Part shown: piece after piece, positions 19,781-30,415 of the stretch
Position numbering within the stretch: position 1 is the first letter of the stretch
Layout of the letters: each line of letters begins with the position of its first letter
Origin: an uncultured Verrucomicrobiae bacterium
Lineage (GTDB): Bacteria; Verrucomicrobiota; Verrucomicrobiia; Limisphaerales; JAFGQR01
Direction of reading: 5' to 3'
NCBI GenBank assembly: GCA_963788655.1
Contig: CAWBHS010000057.1
Coordinates: 160,001 to 224,000, forward strand
Length of the DNA: 64,000 nt
The notes under the pieces: model-generated
What the model was told of the DNA's origin: nothing
The model's input: only the letters and a program-made list of their open reading frames with translations
Databases searched by the model: none
Translations under genes and position numbers: made by a program

Positions 19781-20713
19781 ATGGGTTTTCCCCGCCGATT
19801 CTTAATTGGTTTTGCTGCCCTGGCTTTGGCGCTTGGCGCTTGGCCGCTCGCCGCCGCCGAGACGTTTCGCGTGGCGACCTACAACCTCCAAAATTATCTC
19901 GATCAGAAAACCGGTACCCGGCCTTTGAAGACGGATGCCGGCAAAGCCAAAATTCGCGAAAGCCTGAAGGCCGTTCGCGCGGATGTCGTGGCGGTGCAGG
20001 AAATGGGCACCCTGAGCGCCTTCCAGGAATTGCGCCGTTCGCTGCGGACGGACGGGCTCGATTACCCGTACTGGGATTTCGTGGAGGCCTACGACACCAA
20101 CATCCACGTGGCGGTGCTGAGCCGGTTCCCCATCATTGCCCGGCGGCCGCACACGAACGATACGTTTTTGCTCATGGGACGCCGGCTCAAGGTGAGCCGG
20201 GGTGCCGCCGAGGTGGATATTCAGGTCAATGCGAATTACACGTTTACGCTGATCACCACCCATCTCAAATCCCGCCGGCCCGTGCCGGTGGCGGACCAGG
20301 CCGACATGCGCCTTGAGGAAGCTAAAATCCTGCGGGAGATCATTGACGCGCGGCTTCAGGCCAATCCGCAGATCAATCTGATCGTGCTGGGCGACTTGAA
20401 TGACACCAAAGACAGTCCCCCGGTGCGGACGGTCATCGGGCGGTACAGCAAGGCGCTGGTTGACACCCGGCCCGCGGAGCCCAATGGCGACGATGCGGTA
20501 TCACTGCGACGCGGTTACGCCCCGCCCACTGTCACTTGGACTCATTTCTACGGAAAGGAAGATACCTACAGCCGCATCGATTACATTCTGCTGAGCCGCG
20601 GCATGGCCCACGAATGGCTCACCAACCAAACCTATGTTTTGCGGCTGCCGAATTGGGGCGTCGGGTCGGATCATCGGCCCGTAGTGGCGGCGTTTGAAGG
20701 CGAGAACCAATAA
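19781..20713 (+). CDS. Secreted endonuclease/exonuclease/phosphatase (EEP) family protein
   Basis: Signal peptide; ATYNLQN, VQEM, HLKS, LGDLND, RIDYIL and SDHRPV motifs. Confidence 0.9.
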   Translation: MGFPRRFLIGFAALALALGAWPLAAAETFRVATYNLQNYLDQKTGTRPLKTDAGKAKIRESLKAVRADVVAVQEMGTLSAFQELRRSLRTDGLDYPYWDFVEAYDTNIHVAVLSRFPIIARRPHTNDTFLLMGRRLKVSRGAAEVDIQVNANYTFTLITTHLKSRRPVPVADQADMRLEEAKILREIIDARLQANPQINLIVLGDLNDTKDSPPVRTVIGRYSKALVDTRPAEPNGDDAVSLRRGYAPPTVTWTHFYGKEDTYSRIDYILLSRGMAHEWLTNQTYVLRLPNWGVGSDHRPVVAAFEGENQ

Positions 20714-20728
20714 GTTTGAGGGGGACAG

Positions 20729-23162
<2,434 letters not shown>

Positions 23163-23329
23163 TCAGAGCTACCATTTCTTTCTTTCGTTCTTTTCGGCTT
23201 TTCAACCGCTGGTTTTTGGCCGTCTTCCGATTTCCCGCTTGCCACTGCCGGGCTGCCCGCGTAACGCTGGGTTCGATAAACGTGAGAAGTTTTTGCGAAA
23301 TCATTAGCGGTGACGGCCGGCAAATCCGG

Positions 23330-24637
23330 ATGCGCGTTTTGTTGGCCTTGGCTTGTCTGCTGGGAAGTATCGGCTGGGTACCGGCCGCAATCCCCGCTGC
23401 CCCGAACTATCGTCTCGGAGATATTGCCCGCGAGACGGTTACCACGCCCGTCCGCCTGGTGGTCACCAACGCCACCGAGAGGGAACGCTTGCGGCGGCTC
23501 GAAGCGCGAAAAACTCCGCCGGTGTTTCGCTATTGTCCGGAGGGCAACACCTCAGCCGTGGAGCAATTCCGCGCGGCCTTCGCCGAATACCGCCAACGTT
23601 TCCGCACCAATTGGATCGCGGCCAGCCAGGGCCGTCCGTTTACTGCCCACGACCTGGCGCATCCTACGGTGGCCCAGTTTGTCCAATGGTATAAAAAATG
23701 GAATCCGGCGTTTCCCCTCTCCAGCAATCTGGTCCGGGCGTGGATTCTGGGAGAATCCGACCAGGCCATTGAGAATGCCATGCAGAACTCTTTGCGCTCA
23801 GCGTTGCGGTTGCACCTCTGTGCGAATAACGTGTCCCTGGATAACGGCGTGCCGGCGGTGCGGTTGGTGCGGGTCAAAAGCCTGGCCGAAACGGTCGATT
23901 TGCCAGCGATTGAACGGCGCAGCCAGCTCGTGAACCGTTCCTCACTGCTGACGGTCGCCCAAGCGCGCAACACTCTGATCGCGAGCAGTCCGGCGGACCA
24001 GAAAGACACAGTGCGATTTCTCGGCTACTTCCTGCGGGAAAACTGCGTGCCCGCCCCGGACCTGACCACCCGCTTGCAAGATCAGCGTGCCGCCAGCGCC
24101 GCCACGGTGCAAACCTATCGCGCCGGGCAAGCCGTAGTGCAGGCGGGCCAGGCGATTGACGCCAAAGCATTGGCCGCCCTCCAGGCGCTGGAATCGATGC
24201 CCGAGCATGAACCGGGAGTCACACCCGCCACCGCATCTGCCATCGGCGAACCCCTCGGGTCGGTGCCCGCCGTGCGGTGGAGTTGGTTGAAGGTCACCCA
24301 GCGGCGGCACCTCTGGTGGCTGGTGGTTTTGGTGGCCGGACTAGGGGTCTTGTTTTGGTTCTTCAAGCAACGGAAACGCGGGCGCTCCGTCCGGACGCGC
24401 TATATCGGCAGCGCCGGAAGTTTCACGGTCATGGGAGATGCGCCGCGTAACGAAACGGTGTTGCTGCCCTTGCGTCGCCTGCAACCTTCGGCGGCTGCGA
24501 AATCGCCGTCCGCCCGATCGTTGAATTCTGAAAGGCACAACGCAGAAATGGAAGCCGAGCTGGCGGGGGATCATGACGAGCCAAGGCAGACCCAATTCCC
24601 GTTGGATGGCGATGCCCAGGAGCTGCCGCCAGCCTGA
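23330..24637 (+). CDS. Single-pass membrane protein with a 7TMR-HD extracellular-like domain
   Basis: Signal peptide; YRLGDIARETV..P and YRAGQAVVQAGQAID boundary motifs typical of 7TMR-HDED; one TM (LWWLVVLVAGLGVLFWFF); short cytoplasmic tail. Confidence 0.55.
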   Translation: MRVLLALACLLGSIGWVPAAIPAAPNYRLGDIARETVTTPVRLVVTNATERERLRRLEARKTPPVFRYCPEGNTSAVEQFRAAFAEYRQRFRTNWIAASQGRPFTAHDLAHPTVAQFVQWYKKWNPAFPLSSNLVRAWILGESDQAIENAMQNSLRSALRLHLCANNVSLDNGVPAVRLVRVKSLAETVDLPAIERRSQLVNRSSLLTVAQARNTLIASSPADQKDTVRFLGYFLRENCVPAPDLTTRLQDQRAASAATVQTYRAGQAVVQAGQAIDAKALAALQALESMPEHEPGVTPATASAIGEPLGSVPAVRWSWLKVTQRRHLWWLVVLVAGLGVLFWFFKQRKRGRSVRTRYIGSAGSFTVMGDAPRNETVLLPLRRLQPSAAAKSPSARSLNSERHNAEMEAELAGDHDEPRQTQFPLDGDAQELPPA

Positions 24638-24967
24638 CGTGCATTCCGAACGGCATCGTAGCAGCCGTATCAGGCAACGAGGCTCATTCTTTCCTCGAAA
24701 TTCACCCGCGGTCAGCGCCTGCTGACGTCGGCTGCCACATTATTAACGGATTGCCAACTCGGTCCCGCCCGGTCCGTTCAAGCCGACGCCGGCGAAACAA
24801 TCGCCCGCTTACCCGGTCCAATGGTTGCAGGTTCGGTGCGGCACGCGGGTTAGTGATCATTTGGCGGCCGAAGCTGCCGGACGCTCATGGGGCTTTGGCA
24901 GATGGATGAAGCTTTGCCGTTGCACGAAATGCATGAGTGACCTATAAACGGTCCATATTCGAAATCA

Positions 24968-27217
24968 GTGAATACGCCAGTGATGGAGCCTATTCAACAG
25001 ATCGCCGGATGGGAGATGCCGGGTTGGCCGTGCGCACAGCGGCGCGGGGTTACTACTATTCGTGCCTGGCTGATGGCGTCAATCCTGAGCCTGATCTTGC
25101 TGCCCTTGGCGCAGGCCGCGCCGCAACGGTTTGACGTGTTCGATGTGTTCATCGGCTACGACGGCCTGGTGCCGGAAGGCAGTTGGTTTCCGGTGGTGTG
25201 TGAAATCGAAAACAAGGGACCTTCCTTCAACGCGGTGTTCGAGTTGAGCGAACGGTATGAGGATCAGACCCGGCAAATGCCCATTGAATTGCCCACCGGC
25301 ACTCGCAAGCGATTCGTGATGCCGGTATTTTCGGCCAACCGGAACAACCGCCAATGGGAAGCCCGGTTGCTGGACGACCGCGGACGGCATCGGGCCGACG
25401 GTTTGGTGCGCCAGGTACGCCGGCAATATTCCGGTAATCTCCCGTTGGTCGGCGCCGTCAGCCGGACGGCGAATGGCCGGCCGGTCTTTCCCACCGTCAA
25501 GGATCAAAACCGCCGGGAGGTGCAGGTGGAGGCCGCGCGGTTGCTGCCCGAACTGTTCCCGGATAATCCCATCGCCCTGGAAGGACTCGATACGTTGTAC
25601 CTGAGCACGGCCCAGGCAACCGAAGACCGGTTGCGGGTCAATCAGGTGAATGCCTTGTTGGCGTGGTTGAATGCCGGCGGGCACCTGATTGTCGGGGTCG
25701 AGCAACTGGCACAAATCAACGGCGCGCCGTGGTTGCGCCAGATGCTGCCCGTGGATTTTAGCCAAACCACCAGTCTCACCAACCATTCCGCGCTTCAGGA
25801 CTGGCTGGTCAGCAACCGGCGCATCGATGGGAGGCAATATCAATACTCCCAAAACAACACGTCGGCCAGCAATTCGCGCGTCCGTAACAACCAACGGACA
25901 ACCATGGATCCGTTCAGCGATCTCCCCCGCGAGGCGGCGTTTGAAGACATGCCGTTGAGCATTGCCACCGGCAAACTGTTTGACGGCCAAGTGGTGGTGG
26001 GCACGGAGACGGCCCCCCTGGTAATCACTGCCCGCCGGGGCCGGGGGCAGATCACGGTGCTGACGTTCAGTCCCGAGCTGGAACCGTTTCTTTCCTGGAC
26101 CAACCGGCCGTACTTCTGGAGCAAGCTGGCCAATCTGCCGCTCGAAGTCATCCCGCCGAACGTCATGCCCAACTGGTATGCGAATTACAGCATCGACGGC
26201 GTGTTTGGCGCGATGATCGAGAGCCGCCAGGTGCGCAAGCTGCCGGTCGGCTGGCTGCTGCTGTTGTTACTGGGTTACCTGGTGGTCATTGGCCCGCTGG
26301 ACCGGTATTGGCTCAAGAAGATCAACCGGCAAATGCTCACGTGGATCACGTTTCCCGGTTACGTGGTGTTCTTCTCGCTGCTGATTTATTACATCGGTTA
26401 CAAGTTGCGCGCCGGCGAATCGGAATGGAACGAGTTGAACGTGGTGGACGTGCTGCCGCAGCGGACGCAGGCGCAATTGCACGGTCGGACGTTCGCTTCG
26501 ATCTATTCGCCGGCCAATGCCCGGTATCCACTGGCGTGCGACCTGCCCTTTGCTTCGCTGCGGGGTGAATTGCTACGACGCAGCCAGGGTGGCCGGGAAG
26601 CCACGCGCGCCAATGTGCGGCAGCGGGGTAACAATTTTGTGGCCGAGATTTTTGTGCCGGTCTGGACCAGCCAGCTTTACGTGAACAATTGGTGGGACCA
26701 GGCGTCCTTGCCGCTGAACGTGCAGGTACACCGTCAGAACAACGGCTATGAAGTGCGCGTGGAAAACCGGCAGAACCGTCCGCTGACCGAAGCGCGCTTG
26801 GTCGTGGCGGGGAAGGTGTTCGCTCTGGGAGCGGTGCCCGCCGGTCAGACCCGCACGATTGCGGTCACTCAAAACGGCACCGCGCTGGCCAGTTTCGTGC
26901 GCAATGAAGGCAATCGTTTTCGCGAAGCCATCAATCGCCGCCAGCGGGCCTTCGGTGAGAATCTCATGCAGTTCCCGAATCCGGCGGCCAGCAGCATGGC
27001 GGCCTGCTTTATTTCGGAGCTGGATGATCGCAACCAGTCGTACAATTCGTTCATGAGCCCGCCCGGCTTCGACTTGTCGCGGTTGGTCGAGCGGGGCGAT
27101 GCGGTGGTGCTGGCGTGGACCGCCGATTACGCACCGGTGAAACCGTTTCGCCAGTTTTCACCACGCCGCGACAGCCACAACACGTTATGGCGGATGGCCT
27201 GTGAGGTGCAACCATGA
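24968..27217 (+). CDS. Large membrane-anchored ABC-exporter-associated protein with a class I glutamine amidotransferase-like domain
   Basis: GYDG..WFPV, LEGLDTLYL..LLAWLNAGGHLIV, GRGQITVL and two TMs (YLVVIGPLDRYWL..WITFP); co-oriented with the ABC ATPase. Confidence 0.7.
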   Translation: MNTPVMEPIQQIAGWEMPGWPCAQRRGVTTIRAWLMASILSLILLPLAQAAPQRFDVFDVFIGYDGLVPEGSWFPVVCEIENKGPSFNAVFELSERYEDQTRQMPIELPTGTRKRFVMPVFSANRNNRQWEARLLDDRGRHRADGLVRQVRRQYSGNLPLVGAVSRTANGRPVFPTVKDQNRREVQVEAARLLPELFPDNPIALEGLDTLYLSTAQATEDRLRVNQVNALLAWLNAGGHLIVGVEQLAQINGAPWLRQMLPVDFSQTTSLTNHSALQDWLVSNRRIDGRQYQYSQNNTSASNSRVRNNQRTTMDPFSDLPREAAFEDMPLSIATGKLFDGQVVVGTETAPLVITARRGRGQITVLTFSPELEPFLSWTNRPYFWSKLANLPLEVIPPNVMPNWYANYSIDGVFGAMIESRQVRKLPVGWLLLLLLGYLVVIGPLDRYWLKKINRQMLTWITFPGYVVFFSLLIYYIGYKLRAGESEWNELNVVDVLPQRTQAQLHGRTFASIYSPANARYPLACDLPFASLRGELLRRSQGGREATRANVRQRGNNFVAEIFVPVWTSQLYVNNWWDQASLPLNVQVHRQNNGYEVRVENRQNRPLTEARLVVAGKVFALGAVPAGQTRTIAVTQNGTALASFVRNEGNRFREAINRRQRAFGENLMQFPNPAASSMAACFISELDDRNQSYNSFMSPPGFDLSRLVERGDAVVLAWTADYAPVKPFRQFSPRRDSHNTLWRMACEVQP

Positions 27218-27267
27218 GCCCGGAACGGAATGGCTTGCGAATCGAACTTGAAGAAAGAATCTAGCCT

Positions 27268-28221
27268 ATGTCCACTGATGCCCCTCCCATTCCAGCCGTC
27301 CAAACCATCGGCCTGACGCGCACCTTTGGCAGCTTGACGGCGTTGAATGCGCTCGACATGACGGTGTTGCGCGGCGACCTGTTCGGCTTCATCGGATCCA
27401 ACGGCGCCGGCAAGACCACCACCCTGCGCATCCTGGCGACCTTTCTCACGCCCTCATCCGGCACCGCCCAAATCATCGGACACGACGTCGTGCGGGATGC
27501 CGATGCGGTCCGGCATGTCATCGGTTACATGCCGGATTTCTTTGGCGTGTACAAGGACATGGAGGTGACCGAGTACCTGGATTTCTTTGGCGCGTGTTAC
27601 AAGATCCCCACCGCCCAGCGCGAGAAAACGGTGAACGACGTGCTGGAGTTGGTCGGGCTCAGCGAAAAGAAAGGCGCGCTCATCGGTGCGCTCAGCCGCG
27701 GCATGCAGCAACGATTGGGATTGGCGCGGGTGTTGATTCACGACCCGCAGTTGTTGTTGCTCGATGAGCCGGCCAGCGGACTCGATCCGCGCGCGCGCAT
27801 CGAGGTGATGGCGATTCTCCAGGAACTGCAACGGATGGGCAAAACCATCATCATTTCCTCCCATATCCTGAGCGAACTGCAAACCCTGTGCAACCGGGTG
27901 GCGATTATCGAACGCGGCCAATTGATTTACAGTGGCCCGGTGCAAGGCGTGCGCGAACAAATGTCCACCGGCCGGGTGGTCTGGGTGAAGGTGTCCAGCG
28001 ATCGCGATCAAGCGATCGAGTTGCTGCGCGGCCATCCGTCCGTGGCCGAAGTCACCGCGGTGGACAGTCAGATCAAAGTGACGCTGGTCAATCATGACAT
28101 TGACCACAGCATCGTGGCTGAACGTTTGGTGCAAGGTGGGGCCCGGTTGATCGCCTTGCGCGAAGACGAAATGGGCCTGGAAGAAGTGTTCCTGCGCGTG
28201 ACGCGGGGGGATACGCAGTGA
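27268..28221 (+). CDS. ABC transporter ATP-binding protein
   Basis: GSNGAGKTT, LSRGMQQR, LLLDEP and SSH motifs. Confidence 0.95.
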   Translation: MSTDAPPIPAVQTIGLTRTFGSLTALNALDMTVLRGDLFGFIGSNGAGKTTTLRILATFLTPSSGTAQIIGHDVVRDADAVRHVIGYMPDFFGVYKDMEVTEYLDFFGACYKIPTAQREKTVNDVLELVGLSEKKGALIGALSRGMQQRLGLARVLIHDPQLLLLDEPASGLDPRARIEVMAILQELQRMGKTIIISSHILSELQTLCNRVAIIERGQLIYSGPVQGVREQMSTGRVVWVKVSSDRDQAIELLRGHPSVAEVTAVDSQIKVTLVNHDIDHSIVAERLVQGGARLIALREDEMGLEEVFLRVTRGDTQ

Positions 28222-28480
28222 AGCGTGAAGGGTGAAGCGTGATGGGGGGATGCGCGGTGATTCTTGGAGGGTTAAAGGGGCGAGGGGCGGCGCGGAAGCG
28301 TTGGTGCTTTGAAAGGTCAAGAATTGACGTGAGTGAACCACCGTGAAAAAGGATATTCCCGACCAACCAACTGCTCGACGTTTCAACGTGCGGTCCAACA
28401 GCAGCCCGTTCACACCTCAGCACGCTTCACGCTTCAACCGACCACGCTTCACACTTCAACTCATCACCCTTCATCCCTTT
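28218..28480. repeat. Inverted heptamer arrays (GTGAAGC)n ... (CACGCTT)n flanking a ~180-bp spacer
   Basis: GTGAAGCGTGAAGGGTGAAGCGTGA at 28218-28242 and CACGCTTCACGCTTCA..CACGCTTCACACTTCA..CACCCTTCA at 28421-28473. Confidence 0.75.
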
Positions 28481-28488
28481 AACCTCCC

Positions 28489-30306
28489 ATGACCGTTTGG
28501 CCTGTCATTGTCCGTGAACTACGGGCTGAAGCGCGGCGGCCTTTCAACTATTGGCTGCGCTTGCTGGGCGCGGGCGCGTTGCTGTTGGCGGCAGCCGGTA
28601 CGGACATGCAGTATCTCGGCCGGTCCCAGCAGGGCCTGGTGTTGTTCCAGAACCTGCAACAGATGTTGCTGATCGCCATCTGGGTGCTGGTGCCGCTGGT
28701 GACCGCGGATTGCATCAGTCGCGAACGGCGCGAAGGCACGCTCGGTTTGTTGTTTCTCACCCCGCTGCGAGCGCACGACATCGTGGCGGCCAAAAGTATT
28801 GTACAAGCGTTGCGCGCGTTGACCGCCTGCGTCGCGGTGCTGCCCGTCCAGGTGCTTCCCTTTTTGATGGGTGGCGTAACCTGGCAGGAAGCAGTCCTGG
28901 CTGTACTCATCAATTTAAACTCCTTTTTCCTGGCGCTGGCGGCGGGTATCTTGGCGTCGTCGTTCGCCCGGGTTTTTCACCGTGCCCTCGTTCTCGCCGC
29001 CGCGCTGGCCTTTTTATTTTTTCTGCTCTTCATATTCATTAATGGCCAAGTAATGGTGGCTGTGCTGCGGCCTTTTTTGGCGACCCCTAGCCTCATGATG
29101 TTCCCAAAGGAAAGGGGACTTCTCTTTTCCCTCTTGCTTGGGATGGAATCACTAAGTCAGTCAGGTCGAACGTTCTGGCCGGGCCCAACTTCGGCCAATT
29201 TGTTGCGATCTTTCCCCATAGCAACCGCCGTCGGTTTCCTGGTGTTGCTTGGCGTCGTGATGATCGCCGCGTTGCGCCTCCGTAAGTCTTGGCAGGAGAA
29301 ACCGCCCTCTGTCTGGCAACGCTGGTCGCGGGAACAATTCTGCACCCCCCTGCCCCGGCTGACGTTTTATCACGGCTGGCTGCGCCGGCACCTCGAACGC
29401 AACCCGGTTGGCTGGCTGGAACAACGCACCTGGCAAGGCCGGTTGGCCGTGTGGGGATGGGTGGCGGCAATCCTGTGCTGGTGGTGGCTGGCTTTGTCAG
29501 GCAATCGCTATTTCTCGACGGGCTTTAGCGAGGTGGAGCGGTTCCTGGGATCGATTCTGCTATTCAGTATGGGCATCACCAGCGCCATCAGTTTCTGGCG
29601 GGACCGCGAGAAAGGCACCCTGGAATTGATGCTGGTCACCCCACTGAGCGAACGGCGTATTATCTGGGGACGCCTCCGGGCGATCTGGGGCCGTTACTTA
29701 CCAGCGGTCCTGTTGTTCATCGGTTTGTGGGCCTTCGTCACCAGGTTCCGATCGGTGGCCAAACCGGATTACTTTTGGATCAGCTATTTCGCGCTGCTGT
29801 GCGCAACGTTGCCGGTGGTGGGCCTGTTTTTCTCCCTGCACTGCCGGAATCTGCTCGTGTCCGGAGGATTGACTTTGCTGGTGGGATTGGTGCTGCCCAA
29901 GGTGGCGGTGTTTGTGGTCCCCTATGCTTGGTCGCGGTTGGCGTGGTGGGTCAATCTGGTGGTCGAGGCCGCGCTGATCGGCGGGCTGGTCGTGGTATGG
30001 AAACGGCGGGCGTATGTTTGGGCCGGTGGCCTCGCGCTCGGAGCCTTGCTCTGGTTTCTTTGGGCCGTAGGGCCGGAACTGAGTCTGGCGCCCTCCCGGC
30101 TGACCGGCGCCCTGGCCAAAACGAGCCGCCTGTTTTTCTTTGTTCTCGCGCCGGACAATTGGGAACGGCGCTACGGAATGCTCTCCGCTGCCAGCCGGCT
30201 CTACACCCTCATGGGATTGCAGTTGGTCATCGCCACCGTATTGGCCTGGCGCATCCACCGCAACCTGGCCACCCGCCGGTTTGGTATGCTCCGGGTGAAG
30301 GGGTGA
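28489..30306 (+). CDS. ABC-2 type exporter permease with two tandem permease units
   Basis: PVIVRELR; motif ISRERREGTLGLLFLTPL repeated as FWRDREKGTLELMLVTPL; many TMs. Confidence 0.85.
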   Translation: MTVWPVIVRELRAEARRPFNYWLRLLGAGALLLAAAGTDMQYLGRSQQGLVLFQNLQQMLLIAIWVLVPLVTADCISRERREGTLGLLFLTPLRAHDIVAAKSIVQALRALTACVAVLPVQVLPFLMGGVTWQEAVLAVLINLNSFFLALAAGILASSFARVFHRALVLAAALAFLFFLLFIFINGQVMVAVLRPFLATPSLMMFPKERGLLFSLLLGMESLSQSGRTFWPGPTSANLLRSFPIATAVGFLVLLGVVMIAALRLRKSWQEKPPSVWQRWSREQFCTPLPRLTFYHGWLRRHLERNPVGWLEQRTWQGRLAVWGWVAAILCWWWLALSGNRYFSTGFSEVERFLGSILLFSMGITSAISFWRDREKGTLELMLVTPLSERRIIWGRLRAIWGRYLPAVLLFIGLWAFVTRFRSVAKPDYFWISYFALLCATLPVVGLFFSLHCRNLLVSGGLTLLVGLVLPKVAVFVVPYAWSRLAWWVNLVVEAALIGGLVVVWKRRAYVWAGGLALGALLWFLWAVGPELSLAPSRLTGALAKTSRLFFFVLAPDNWERRYGMLSAASRLYTLMGLQLVIATVLAWRIHRNLATRRFGMLRVKG

Positions 30307-30415
30307 CCGCCCGCGCCGGACTCTTCCGCCTTAAACCTTGAAGATTAAGGTTTACAAATGCCGTTCGTTAGCTATGGTCGCGATAGTAACTCAAAGGCAC
30401 AACGGCAACATCCCA

